DNA from: Octopus sinensis | Lineage: Eukaryota | Assembly (NCBI RefSeq): GCF_006345805.1 | Contig: NC_042998.1 | Coordinates: 97,216,001-97,280,000 of the forward strand | Direction: 5' to 3' | DNA: 64,000 nucleotides | Part shown: in pieces, positions 1 to 34,048 of the stretch | How positions within the stretch are numbered: position 1 is the first letter of the stretch | How the letters are laid out: every line of letters begins with the position of its first letter | Notes under the pieces: model-generated | Database searches by the model: none | Told to the model about the DNA's origin: nothing | The model's input: the letters and a program-made list of their open reading frames with translations, nothing else | Program-made: the position numbers and the translations under genes

Positions 1-455
1 GTAGGAAGAATTAGGAAAAGTGTTAAGTGCAGGATTTAATTGGTGTAACAAAATAAGAATAACAAACAACAGAAAAATGTGCTCATGGGATGTGTTTAGG
101 AGGGAGGTAATGTGCAGTTTGCTACACCAAAAGAACACAAACCATTATATTTGTGATGGCAAGGTAGCTGTAATGTATTTATGGGTGAGTCTGTTAATCA
201 GACAGATGGCCTCTTTGGGATGTGCATTAGGACAGTAGTTGTCAAACTGATGAATACCTGGCCCCACCCCAATATTTTAGCGAATTTTTGCTGCCATTCC
301 ACTTTATTAATGAGTACAAAAACAGTTTGCATCCATATAACTATTCTTTCTTCACCAAAGTGTTAGACAAGTTTAAAAACATTTTAATTTTATAAAATTT
401 GACAATTTTGTCTTCCTCTTTTCATTTCTCAAAGCACCACCATGAGAAACATTGT

Positions 456-458
<3 letters not shown>

Positions 459-524
<66 letters not shown>
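459..524 (+). repeat. (AG)n microsatellite
   Basis: About 33 perfect units. Confidence 0.98.
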
Positions 525-526
<2 letters not shown>

Positions 527-925
527 GCATAAATGTTAAATTTACAGGTAAGCAAATAGTTAAGGGCTGGAGAATCAAAATTTTAGGGATATATATATAT
601 ATAAGGAAATTAGTTGATGCCAGACAGAAAAATCTTTGCCATACATCAGCAATATCAGTGTAGTTGTAGAAGAACCAAAAATGGTCTTGAGCATTGCTTC
701 TGTCTCAAAACAAAATGATCATGGTTAATGGTGACTGTGTTAATTGGTGATAAGGTGGAAGAACAAATAAAAGCATTAAATAAATCTAATTTCTCTTAGA
801 GACACATGATTTTTGGTTTATAGGGAAGGATAAATGGTGCTTGGTGCTGTTGATGTTGTCTCAAAAGCTTTAGAAACTAAGTGAAATGAATAGCTTATTT
901 GAATACAATACTGAAAAATCCTTAC

Positions 926-21817
<20,892 letters not shown>

Positions 21818-22279
21818 CTAAAAGAAATATGAAGAATGGGCAACATTTTAAGAAAACAATTCATATATAATTAATTAATAGAATTAATATCAAATTACTT
21901 CAATAATTATGTTGTTTCAGTATTTTGTATTGTGTTACAAAAATACCTAGATGATTTTTCTATTTGCAGTATGCTGAATTCTCATTTGTTCATTTGATCA
22001 TAAATAGATCTAATAAATAAATTGAATATATTGGTAAATTCTTTGTCAATTTTTAAAAACAATTGGAGAATGTACCTGAAATAGGTATAAAGTTCTGAGT
22101 AATGGCAATCGATTCCAACTATGGAATAAGAGACTGAATTTCAACATGAATTCAAGTACCAAGAAGTAATTTACTCCTGATGTAAATGCAAAGAAAAATA
22201 ATCCATCCCTCCATTTAATATCCTCCACCCATGGTCCTTGCTACCACAAGGACCAACCCTTGTTGTGATGTGGTGGCTT

Positions 22280-22630
22280 GTGTGCTTCAAAGATCTTGAG
22301 AACCATGCCAATAGAGCACAAGATGGACAGGTCAAAAGATGGAGGCCAGGTTAATATGGACCACCTCTTCCCACAGGTAAAAATAGTTAGTGTAGAGCTA
22401 ACACCCATACATAGAATACTGCAAAGCTACAAAAGTATTCATGGCAATTCAAAGCTAACAAGACCTGGGAGAGAAAGGCCTTCCTTCAGACAAACATATA
22501 ACATGGTGCAACAAAATCAGAATTGAAAAAGCAGGGATCCAACTGGGGAGAAGTAGAAACGACAGTCCAGAATCAAGAATAATAGAGAGAAGATCTCAAT
22601 AGCCCTTTGCATCACAGGGTGCAAAGGGCC
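22280..22630 (+). mobile_element. RTE-like LINE 3' end fragment
   Basis: RPGRERPSFRQTY...LKKAGIQLGEVE...ALCITGCKG-type C-terminus. Confidence 0.6.
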
Positions 22631-23944
22631 ATTGGAAAGGAAGGAAGTACATGGTCCTTGGGTGCTTTTAGTGGAGAGAATACTCTGTTGTATACATTTG
22701 GACCAGGTCTTCAGTTTGAGAATACCTTCCTCCCACCAGTCAGGGATCCTGAGAAAGGTCATGTGCATTACCTTTCTCTCCTGATTAAAAGATTAAAAAT
22801 TAAAAGAAAAATAAATAAATGTGCACCCAACTTCATTGAGTTAATTTTTCAAATTCACCTTTCTCAGATTATCTTGAGTGAATTTAAAAATTTTGTTATG
22901 GATTAGTTATAGGAGGAATAAAAAAAAATCAGTATCCATGACCTTTAAATGACCTCGGCGATTGGCAAAACAAAAGAAAAGAAGAAACAACAACTTTGGC
23001 TTTGCTGCAGTTGAAGCAGCATGTCAATAGATATTAAATTACTTTCTGTGCAGAGACATAATCTGAATGCTTACAACGGAAAGATTTCCACTACACAAAA
23101 TATGTTTAGAGCTTTCCCACTGCAGTATGTAAACTACAGCGAGAAATAATATCATCAAAAAATAATATTAGCAAGAATAATATTCCAAGAATAAGTTCCA
23201 CAGGGCAAAGTTCTTTGTGGGTTTATATTTCAATACATTATCATCATCATCACCACTATCATCATCATTTAACGTCTGCTGGCATAGGTTGAACGGTTTG
23301 ACTGGAGCTGGCTAGGCAGAAGACTGTATCAGGCTTCACTGCCAATTTTAGCATGATCTTTATAGCTGGATGCCCTTCCTAACATCAACCACTCTGCAGT
23401 GTGGAATGAGTGCTTTTTATGTGGCACCAGCACAGGCGAGGTCAGTTTTGGCATGGTTTTTACAGCTGGATGCCTTTACAAATGCTAACCACTTCACAGT
23501 GTGGACTGAATGCTTTTTATGTGGCACCATCAACACATTCATTATTATTTTCTATTGTTGATGCATATAGTTGTCATCGTCATCATTATCATCATCATCC
23601 TTATCATCACCATTTTAAATTTCACTTGCTATATTTGCAGGAGTCAAATGGAGTTTATTGAGGCAGATTTTCTACAGCTGGATGCCTTTCCTATTACCAA
23701 CCCTCCTTTGTTTCCAAACATGCTAATATTTTCCCATATCACAACGTTTTCACAGAAGATTAGAAACAAACAATACTGCTTTTATGACTATGACACTTAT
23801 TTAAGATTATTGCATGCAACTACTGCATGATGTCAAAGGAAGGAGATGCAAACACATGCACACTCACGTCCACACATGCATACATCTCTCCTTCTCTCTC
23901 TCTCCCTGTATATATATATATATGTATATATCATCCTTGTTGAT

Positions 23945-24400
23945 TAACATCCGTTTTCCATGCTGACATGGGTTGGATGGTTTGACTGTGGTATGGAGAG
24001 CCAGCAACTGCACCACGCTCCAATCTGGTCTGGCAGAGTTTCTACAGCTGGATGCCCTTCCTAATGCCAACGACTCCGAGTGTGTAGTGGGTGCTTTAAT
24101 CAGGTTTGGATCATGCTTTTTACATGCCACTGGCATCAGTCATGATCAGTTGGTGCTTTTTATGTGCCACTGGTACAGGAGCCAGTAAGGCAGGCTTGGC
24201 AACGAACACATTCAGATGATGCTTCTTACGTGCTACCAGCACAGGAGCAAGTCAGGGGGTACTGGTATCGATCATGATCAGTTGGTGCTTTTTACATACC
24301 ACTGGCACCAGAGTCAGTTGGGCAGACTTGGCATTGACCATGTTCAGATGGTGCTTTTTATGTGCCATCAGCATGGGAGCCAGCCAGGGGGCACTGGCCC
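23945..24400 (+). mobile_element. Dispersed repeat family D with internal tandem units of about 65 bp (copies near 4860, 5420, 6775, 12590, 14280, 27380, 31200, 42040, 57335)
   Basis: Recurrent ctacagctggatgcccttcctaa..ccaaccac; units starting ggtgcttttta repeat at about 24151, 24217, 24282 and 24351. Confidence 0.7.
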
Positions 24401-24460
24401 CAGCTACAATATATATATACATATATATTATATTATATATATATATGTGGCACCATATAT

Positions 24461-24494
<34 letters not shown>

Positions 24495-24549
24495 ATATAA
24501 TATATATGTATATATATATCGTAGCTGGGGCCAGTGTCCCCTGGCTGGC
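24379..24549. repeat. Near-perfect inverted duplication (arms of about 68 bp)
   Basis: 24379-24446 versus the reverse complement of 24482-24549: 2 mismatches; the interruptions in the (TA)n tract are also mirrored. Confidence 0.9.
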
Positions 24550-24571
24550 ATATTAATCACTACTACTACAT

Positions 24572-24609
24572 AAACCTGATGATTGTGTAATACATGAAAG
24601 TACTAGTTT
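24572..24609 (+). ncRNA. Minimal type I hammerhead-like motif
   Basis: aaac CUGAUGA uu gugu aau acau GAAA guac UA guuu. Stem I AAAC/GUUU; palindromic GUAC stem III loop; the stem II junction is imperfect. Confidence 0.55.
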
Positions 24610-26569
24610 TATCACAATAAATATATAATATTCTATCATTATGATGTTGTAAAATTGTAAATAATAAAATGCGAAAATCAGACTAGGTTGGAATTTCATT
24701 GATTAATATATTCTTCTATACACAATTATACAAATCTGTATATATATATATATATTTGACAGGCTTCTTTCAGTTTCTGTCTATCAAATTTATTCACAAA
24801 GCTTTGGTTGGCCTGGGACTAAAGTAGAAGATACTTGCCAAAGGTCCCATGCAAAGGGACTGAACTTGAAATCACATGGTTCTGGAGCAAGTTTCTTAAT
24901 TGTGTACCCATGCCAGTACTTCTGATAAAGAAATATTTATGCAATATGTATTAAACTTGGACCATGTTTTAAGATCATTTGCTATGTTGCTTTTCTTTTT
25001 CAAACCTTGTGAGTGGATTTGGAAGAAAGAAACCCATTGTGTGTATGTGTGTGTGTGTGCGTGTGTGTGACTGTGCAAGTGTGTGAGTGTACATGTGTGT
25101 GAGTGTGTTGTCTTGTCTCAACATGGTATGATAGTTGTAAATGGATGTCACTGTCAAACAAACAGTGTAATTTATTTTGAATGTTTTGGGGAAATGTCTG
25201 GCTACCGGGAAATATTACCTCTAGTAGACCCATGCAAACATTGAAAAATGGACATTAAAATGATGATAGGGATGCGGGCGATGATGATGGTGATGATGAT
25301 ACATTAAATATGTCTTGACATAAATATTTTAGAATACACAGACACATATATTAGGATTGTTTTATGATTAAAGCAACTCTATGAATATGTTAATGTTCCT
25401 TTTTATATGTAAATAGGCATCTTTTATTCTTTTATTTGTTTCAGTCATTTGACTGTGGCCATGCTGGAACACTACCTCTAGTCGAACAACTCGACCCCAG
25501 GACTTATTCTTTGTAAGGCTAATACTTATTCTATTTGTCTCTTTTGCCAAACTGCTAGGTTATGGGGACGTAAACACACCAGAATCGGTTGTCAAGCAAC
25601 GGTGGGGAGACACACAAACATACCCCCCCCAACATATATATGGGCTTCTTTCAGTTTCTGTCTACCAAATCCACTCACAAGGCTTTGGTTGGCCTGAGGC
25701 TATAGGAGAAGACACTCGCCCAAGGTGCCATGCAATGGAACTGAACCTGGAACCATGTGGTCGGTAGGCAAGCTACTTACCACACAGCCACTCCTGCACC
25801 TCCAGGTATGTATATGTCTTGAATATTAAATATTAGTCATTAATATTGGCAGTGAGCTGGCAGGATCATTAGTACACCGGGCAAAATGCACAGCAGTATT
25901 TCCTCCATTTTTATGTTGTGAGTTCAAATTCTGCCAAGGTTGACATTGCCTTTCATTCTTTTCAGGTTGATAAAATAAATACCAGCTGAACACTGGGGTT
26001 CGGTGTAATTGAATTATTCCCTCCCTTGAAATTGCTGGCCTTGTGCCAACATTTGAAACCAATATTAAATATTAATATACTAAAACAGGATAAAGCTACT
26101 GGAACTTGATGTATTGGAACAAGATAACATAATCCCATGGCAGTGACATTTATCAGAAACGAGTCAATGGATCTGCAATCTAAATTCCTCTGAGATTATC
26201 TTGGCCTTTAAAGATGAATATATGAGGTACTAATGTCATAGATGAAATAATTATTGAGTGTGTGTTGAGATTTAAATTGCTCTGAATATTGAAATGGAGA
26301 CCAAACTCTCGGTTCAGAAAGATGTTTCAGACATTTAGAGAGAATATCATGAAATAGATAAGACATGCTACATTTTAGTTAGTTAGAAATCAAATTTAGA
26401 TTTTTGTTGCTGTTGTTGTTGTTGCTGCTGCTTTTGTTGTTGTTGTTGTTATTGTTGTTTAGGCCCTCCACCACTAGTGCACCCTGGCTGAGGTAACTTA
26501 TGATTAAAACCCTTCCAGTCATAACCATCTAACCATGTCATTTTAGCAGTATGTTTATAACTGCATTGT

Positions 26570-26905
26570 GAAGGCGCATGGCTCAGTGGTTAGAGCAAAG
26601 AGCTTACGATCGTGAGGTTGTGAGTTTGATTCCTGGACTGGGCTGTGTGTTGTGTTCTTGTGCAAGACACTTTATTTCATGTTGCTCCAGTTAACTCAGC
26701 TGTAGAAATGAGTTGCAACGATGTCACTGGTGCCAAGCTGTATCAGCCTTTGCTTTTCTCTTGGATAACATCAGTGGTGTGGAGAGGGGAGACTGGTATG
26801 CATGGGTGACTGCTAGCCTTCCACAAACAATCTTACTCTGACTTGTGCCTCGGAGGGTAACTTTCTAGGTGCAATCCCATGGTCATTCATGACCGAAGGG
26901 GTCTC
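26570..26905 (+). mobile_element. tRNA-derived SINE family C (decayed copy at about 46070)
   Basis: A box tggctcagtgg and B box gtttgattcc, then a long non-tRNA body with no acceptor-stem 3' half. Confidence 0.75.
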
Positions 26906-29814
26906 CTCCTATAACTGTATTATCTGATGCATCTTTTCCTCATTTAAGATAATGGGTACAATTTGAGGGAGATTAGGCTAATATTTCTGGTAGATTGAGT
27001 GACCATGTAGAGACAACTTTGTTTGAGTGGATCTAGTTTGTTGTGTTTAAATTTCTAAAAAAATGGGTACCTCTCAAAAATGATATAAATAACTATGATA
27101 TGGGATGAAGTACTAAAAAACAACCTCAAGAAATTGAACCCTTGTGGTGAGATAACAAAAGATCGTGACACCTGGTGACTGGCCGTACTCAAGAAGACCC
27201 GTGCCCCACAAGAGAAGTGTTAAGACCAATCCTGCTGGTAGTGTAAAGCATTCATGATGATTCCATGTAAAAGCGCCCATACGGTGCCACATAAAAGTGC
27301 CCGTGCAGTGCCATGTAAAAGCACCTGTGAGGTGCCAATTAAGGCACTTATGCTGGTGCCAGTTAAAGCACCCAGCACACTCTGTAAAGTGGTTGGAATT
27401 AGGAAAGGCATCTAGTTGTAGAAACCATGCCAAATCAGACTGGTGTATAGTGCAGCTCCCTAGCTTGCCAGCTCTGGTCAGACTGTCCAACCCACGTCAG
27501 CATGGACAATGGACGTTAAATGATGATGATGATGATGATGGTGAAGAGGAGGAGGAGGAGGATAAACATTCCTCTAAGTTACCTTGATGCGTTAAAACAA
27601 AATTTATGGTATAAATGATTTCATATTATCAGAGGTTTGCAAAAAAGCAAAAAAACAAAATAAAACAAAGAGAAATAAATAAAATGCTTATATCAAATAA
27701 AGAACGATATTCTCAAAATTTGATGCAATCTATAATAATGATGATGATGATGACAATGGTGATGCTGGTTGTAATAATGCTGAAAGACATAAAATTGTCT
27801 ACAACTGCTTTGTTTATTTATGTAAAAATGGTATCACAAATGGTAAGGAAATAATATTCTATTACTTAATATCTGAATATAAGTTAAAATATTATTCTAT
27901 TCTAATATTCTAATAATATATAGGTGTGGCTGTGTGGATACAGGGTATACTTTATTACCAAATGGTTTTTTAGTTCTATCCCACTCTGTGGTACCTTGGT
28001 GAAGTCTCTTGTTTGTATATACATACATACATACATGCATACATACATACATACATACATACATACATACATACATACATACATACATACATACATGTGT
28101 GTGTGTGTGTGTATGTGTATGCATGTGTATAAAGGTACATGTATGAGTGTGTGTGTGTATACATGTGTGAATGTTTACATTCTGCATGTCTTCGCATGAC
28201 TCTGAACAAAATGGTGTTATATTATTTACATTCTCTGTAAACGATATGTTCTGTGGTTCTGTGCTTTCAACTTGTGAAGATCAGTGGAATAGAAAAAAAT
28301 ACCTCACTAGCAAAATGGATAAGGTTTGGGGACAGGATGAGCATCCAGCTATAAAATACTGCTGCAATGCGTGTTCATCCAGCCCATACTAGCGTGGAGA
28401 AATGGAAGTAAAAAAGAAACAAATGAATAACATATTCTTTTATCATTGTATTTGTTTCAGTCATTTGACTGTAGCCATACTGGAGCACAGCCTTCAGTCG
28501 ATCAAATCGACCCCAGGACTTACTCTTTGTAAGCCTAGTACTTATTCTATTAGTCTCTCTTTTGCTGAACTGCTAAGTTATGGGGATGTAAACACAGTGG
28601 CATTGGTTGTAAAGCAATGGTGGGGGGACAGACACAGATGCACAAACACACACACACACACATGCACACACACACACACACAACAGGTTTCTTTCAGTTT
28701 CTGTCTAGTAAAAGACACTTGTCTAAGGTGCCATGCAGTGGGCTTGAACCAAGAACCATGTGGTTGATAAGCAAGCTACTTACCACAAAGTCACTCTTGC
28801 ACCTATATATCAAATATTTCAATAAAGGAGTGACTGTGTGGATAGGCACAGGAGTGGCTGTGTGGTAAGTAGCTTGCTTACCAACCACATGGTTCCAGGT
28901 TCAGCCCCACTGCCTGACACCTTGGGCAAGCACCTTCTACTATAGCCTCGGGTTGACCAAAGCCTTGTGAGTGAATTTGGTAGACGGAAACTGAAAGAAG
29001 CCTGTCGTATATATGTATGCATGTGTGTGTGAGTGTGTGTGTGTGTTTGTCCTCACCCCCCAACATTGCTTGATATGCGATGCTGGTGTGTTTACGTCCC
29101 TGTAACTTAGCGGTTCGGCAAAAAGAGACCAACAGAATAAGTACTAGGCTTACAAAGAATAAGGCCTGGGGTCGATTTGCTCAACTAAAAGGTGGTGCTA
29201 CAGCATGGCCACAGTCAAATGACTGAAACAAGTAAAAGTGAAAAAATAATAATTTACTGTGTAAAAGAGAAACACTTAAAATTTCTTTTGAAGATTGAGA
29301 TTGTTTATAAAGACATAATGGCCAATGGAAAGAACCATGGTACATCTTTTCCACATGTATGTTGTAAACTAATACTGGGTAAAGTTCTGGGAGTTAGCTG
29401 AAAGAGATCACTCAATCAAAACAGAATCACAGTGGTGATATTTTTGTTGGTATGAAGCAGTATGTTAGAGTATGAAATTATTGGCAGACAATGTTAGCTA
29501 AATAATTTTGAAAAGAATTCAAGCAAAAACACAAGCTCAGTTGTTTTGTAGGTTTTTTAACAAAATTTCTGATATATTTTAGAAAATACTGATAAAAATA
29601 AAAATAAAAAACGAGACAATTACAATTACAGTTGTTTAGTTTGGAAATAATGCAAAGTTGTTGTAAATCATCGGAAACAAGATGAAAGATTTAATGTTGA
29701 AGAATATTTAAAAATAACACTGTCAATTTAAGCAACGTTTCAAAAGTAAGTTAATGTAATAATATGGTGGAAATTTCTAGGAGTAAACAAAACTGTATTT
29801 ATAAATATTACACA

Positions 29815-30212
29815 AATATTTTGTATCTAGGGAGGGTTATTATGACAATAATAAACACATGCACTAGTTCGATTGTACTTTTTTATATGTTAACTATTTA
29901 ACCAATTGACTAATCAATTTCTTGATTAATTATTTGCTCAATCAATCAAGTTTATCGAAGTTTTTTTAGTGCCATTCATGACCTCATCAAACGCATACCT
30001 TCCTGATTCCATCTCTGTCATTAATGAGGTTGTGAATGTCAACAAAAGGACTTTGACAAACTAAACTGATTGATTAATTGACTGAATGATTAATCAAGCA
30101 ATTGATTAGTTAATTGGATAAACTGACAAATAAAAAAATAAAGAAGTGCAATAGAATCAGTAACTGTGTTTATTATTGGCATAATGACCCTACCAAGGCA
30201 CAACAAAATATA
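29815..30212. mobile_element. Fold-back element / MITE with diverged inverted arms of about 175 bp
   Basis: Left arm agggttattatgacaataataaacaca...ccattcatgacctcat versus right arm atgaggttgtgaatgtc...tgtgtttattattggcataatgaccct; spacer about 25 nt. Confidence 0.75.
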
Positions 30213-30708
30213 TCCCAACACATGAGTTCAGATGAAGCATCTTGAAAAACCAAATACAAAAACAAAATTATACAAATCTCCTTTGTAAAAGAAGTTATGT
30301 TGTTTAGCTTCATTTATGGAAGCAGATCTTGTTGTAATCCTCTAGATAAACTAATTTTATTTTCTCATCAAGCATTTAAAAACATTTATCTTATCCTTTG
30401 GAGTAGTTCTTGTCAGGCAAATGACTTGGTCTGAGACAGTATGCTGAAACTGAAGAAATTACAGAGTGGAAGAGCCATTCTAAACATCTAAAAACACACA
30501 AAACTTGTTAAATTCACTTTTTATTCATTTCTTGAGGTATCAAAATGCTCGTTGTACCATTGATACCTGGTCATTAATACAATTCCACTGCAATTGGTTA
30601 AAATAGTTCTTCCAGAATCTAAGTGATATCTTATTACATTCCCTTTAGAAACTACTGCAATTTTACCAATATAAGAAAGAATTATTAAGAGAGAGAGAGA
30701 ATGAGAGA

Positions 30709-30760
<52 letters not shown>

Positions 30761-31620
30761 GTAGATAGAGAAAGACATAGACAGATATAGATAGAGAGAA
30801 GAATGGAGGATTGGAAGAAATGTTAGAGGGTCAAACTAAATGTCTTGTGGTGTTTAGTTACAGTACTCTACATTCTGAGCTCAAATCCCGCCAAAGTTAA
30901 CTTTACCTTTCATCCTTTCAGGGTTGATAAAATAAAGTACCAGTCAAGTACTGGAGTCATTGTAACTGACTAACCCCTTCTCCCCCAAAATTGATGGACT
31001 TGTGTCAATATAAGAAGCAATTATTAAGAGAGAAAAAGTGAAAGAGAGAAAGGGGAAGGAAGAATGAGAAAGAGAGTGAGAGAGAGAGAGAGAAAGGGAG
31101 CTAGAGTGAGAGAGAGAGAGAGAGAAGAAATTCCAAATTTTAAAGGAGAAAAGGAAGATGTACTAAGCATTGAGCATCAACATATGTAATACAGTTGGCA
31201 TTAAGAAGGGCATCCAGCCACAGAACCACACCAGAAAAGACAATGGAGTCTGGTGCAGCCCCTGACCTTACTGGCTACTTTCAAACCATTCAACCCATGC
31301 CAGCATGGAATGCAGACGATAAATGATGATGGTGAACGTAAGTATTGATTTTTTTCATAGAAGATTGATACAATCAGTCAAAACAAGTCTAGTATGTTAC
31401 TGATATGTTTGTTGCTCACAGATTTCACATCTAAAACATCATTACCTGTAACATATTAAAACCCTTTAGTATTCATAAATATTCTACCTGGTTTATATTA
31501 AAACTGTTCAGATCTGGCCTCTCACTCTTACTCTACAATATAATTCTAAAAATATACAATTACATTATCGAAATCTTGAAGCTATACATAATTAATTCAA
31601 AACAATGTGAGTAAATAAGC

Positions 31621-32027
31621 ATTGCATTTGACAGAATAATTGGAATGTCAAAAGGTTAACTAGAACTGAATTTGATGGCATATAAAATGTACTTTTTCCC
31701 CACAAAAGTGTCTCAAAAAATCACTCTGGGTCTTATATTGATGCAATCCATAATGATGATGAATGATGATGACAATGGTGATGCTGGTTGTATTAATGCT
31801 GAAAGATATAAAATTATCAACAACTGCTTTGTTTATTTATGTAAAAATGGTATCACAAATGGTAAGGAAATAATATTCTATTACTTAATATCTGACTATA
31901 AGTTAAAATATTGTATTTGACAGAATAATTGGAATGTCAAAAGGTAAATTAGAACTGAATTTCATGGCATATAAAATGTTCTTTTCCCCCACGAAAGTGT
32001 CTCGAAAAATCACCCTGGATCCTATAT
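31621..32027 (+). repeat. A-B-A structure: 118-bp direct repeats around a copy of 27720-27893
   Basis: A1 31621-31738 versus A2 31910-32027 (about 11 substitutions); B 31739-31912 versus 27720-27893 (about 7 substitutions and 1 indel), by hand alignment. Confidence 0.9.
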
Positions 32028-33626
32028 GCAAAGTTGGGCCTATATTACTTAATTTAATGCACTAAAAACTTTATCTCTTGAATTTACACTGCTGTAATTA
32101 GAGTGCATCTAATATGCCCATGCACCTTTTATGTGATCAAGTATGGTATCATATTCTGAGGGTATGATACACAACTCTTCTACGAGAGACCGAAGAACAC
32201 ATAATTCTTGTCACCCCTCTCCTCCAGTGGTGTTCCATTGGATGTAGGGATCTTAAAAAACAGCTTGAACAGATTGTAACAAATAAATCAAAGTCTTGTC
32301 GGTGAATCTTGTTGGCAGATTTTCTTGTCAAAATACATTCTGTTTGTTACAGTGAAAAGGAATATATTTTACAAAAGGAAAAGGGGGAAAAAAGAAAGAA
32401 AGAAAAAGGAAATGTACAGTAATTTAGTACTGAGCAAAAAGACTTAGAATGTAATGTCAAGAGCTTATTTCTGGATTTTTCCATGATATTAATAATGGTT
32501 TCAAATTTTTGCACAAGGCCAGCAAGTTTGGGAGAGGTGCTAGTTGATTACATTGACCCTAGTACTCCACTGGTACTTATTTAATCAACCTCAAAAGGAT
32601 GAAAGACAAAATTAACCTCAGTGAAATTTGAACTCAGAATGTGAAAATAGACAAAATACTACTAAGCATTCTGCTCGGTATGCTAACAATTCTGCTAGCT
32701 CACTGTCTTCCCTGATCTTAATAATAGCAATGCAGCAAACAATACTTTAATATGTTTGCAGTTTGGCAGACTCCATTAGATATATTTTTGATTCTCTTCA
32801 CCTCCCTTCCTGCTTCTTTTTCAATCTAGTAAGCATTCTTTATTATCTCCTAGTTGTCTTCCCTTCTTCTGATTTCCATACCCATCACTCTTCTCCTAAT
32901 TTATCAAATTTGCTAACATTCCTGTTGACTATCTCCTTAATTTGACTGCCCTCCCCCTACCAACACATGTTTCACATTGTCACTTCCTATATCTTTATTC
33001 TTCACTATTTTCTCTTCTCTCTTTCCTTCATTCTACCTTATTCTCTCTCTCACTCTCTTTCTCTCCCTCTCACTTTCTCTTACTATTCCCAATCTATTCT
33101 TTGAGTATTATCAGAAAATATTTCTTTAATGAAGGTTACTGCCTGACATTTTAGACTTTTCCTCTTCATGCCAAACCAATTTTTTCCACTTTTCAAAAAT
33201 AAACAAAAGAGTGCCTTCATTGTTTACAAATCCAGGGAACTCAACACAAACATATATGTGCTACTGCAGCCTGAACTCTACTCTGCCTCAACCTAGGTAG
33301 GAAGAGACTGAAAAAAACTAAATGCATTGTTACTGTATCTGATTGCATATAAAGTGCACTTCTTCATTTTTTAAAAAAATGTGCTTCAGAAAACCACCCT
33401 GGGTCCTATATTTGAAACTGGGCTCCTGTAAGCTTTAATGTACTAATTTTTTCCCCCAGATATGCACTACTGGAATTGAGGTACATCTTTTACACCATCA
33501 AATCTGGTATTTCCCATAGCTCTGGTACATATGTGAAAATATATTAACCAGTTAATCTCAAAAGTATATGTAGTGTCCTCCGTGATGTTGAAAAATCAGG
33601 AGGACTTAACCTCAGTCATTGGAATC

Positions 33627-34048
33627 CAGCACTAGATTAACCATTAAGCAAAATAAGCACGTGCTTTGGGCAGCAAAGGAAGTGGAGTGGGTGGCATCAC
33701 AGATATAGTAAATGTTTACAGCACAAAAGAAATTACTTTAAACTTGCTAAAATAATATTGGGGATACCTTATCTCTACTAAGTATAGAAGTAGATGTGTT
33801 ACTTAAAATTAGTTTTGAGGATCTGATCAAAGACTTTGCTATTAAAAAAAAATAAGTGAAAACTTTTTGAATATAAATAAAGTGGAAGTATACAAAAATA
33901 AACATTATTTTCTATTTTACTATCAGTTTTGTTTCATTTTAAAAAACAAAAATTCATTTTATGGTTTATTATTTTTGAATTACATATATATAGGGGTATC
34001 AAAATCTTTTAAGTGCTTAGAGCTTCCGTGGGTCTTAATCCAACCCTG
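33627..34048 (+). mobile_element. Internally deleted hAT element with a dimerisation-domain remnant
   Basis: Ends cagcactagattaa / ttaatccaaccctg (imperfect TIR). The 8-bp flanks ttggaatc / ttagaatc match 7 of 8. Internal DTLSLLSIEVDVLLKISFEDLIKDFAIKKK* resembles the hAT transposase C-terminus. Confidence 0.8.

Noticed and set aside
23075-23133. 59-nt minus-strand segment with good acceptor and donor just upstream of the first Ig exon
   Set aside because: The only frame ending in phase 1 (needed to join 21817) contains TAA, and the other frames are not Ig-like.
24090-24400. Regularly spaced short repeats superficially like a CRISPR array (also about 27250-27365)
   Set aside because: These are degenerate tandem units inside a dispersed eukaryotic repeat; the spacers are related to each other and there are no cas genes.
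26570-26645. tRNA-like sequence with A and B boxes
   Set aside because: No complete cloverleaf; it continues into a 260-bp repeat body, so it is a SINE head.
31488-31532. 45-nt open exon-like segment (SKSERPDLNSFNINQ)
   Set aside because: It lies in sequence ending in a TTAA..CCCTTT piggyBac-type MITE-like terminus; weak acceptor and no domain support.
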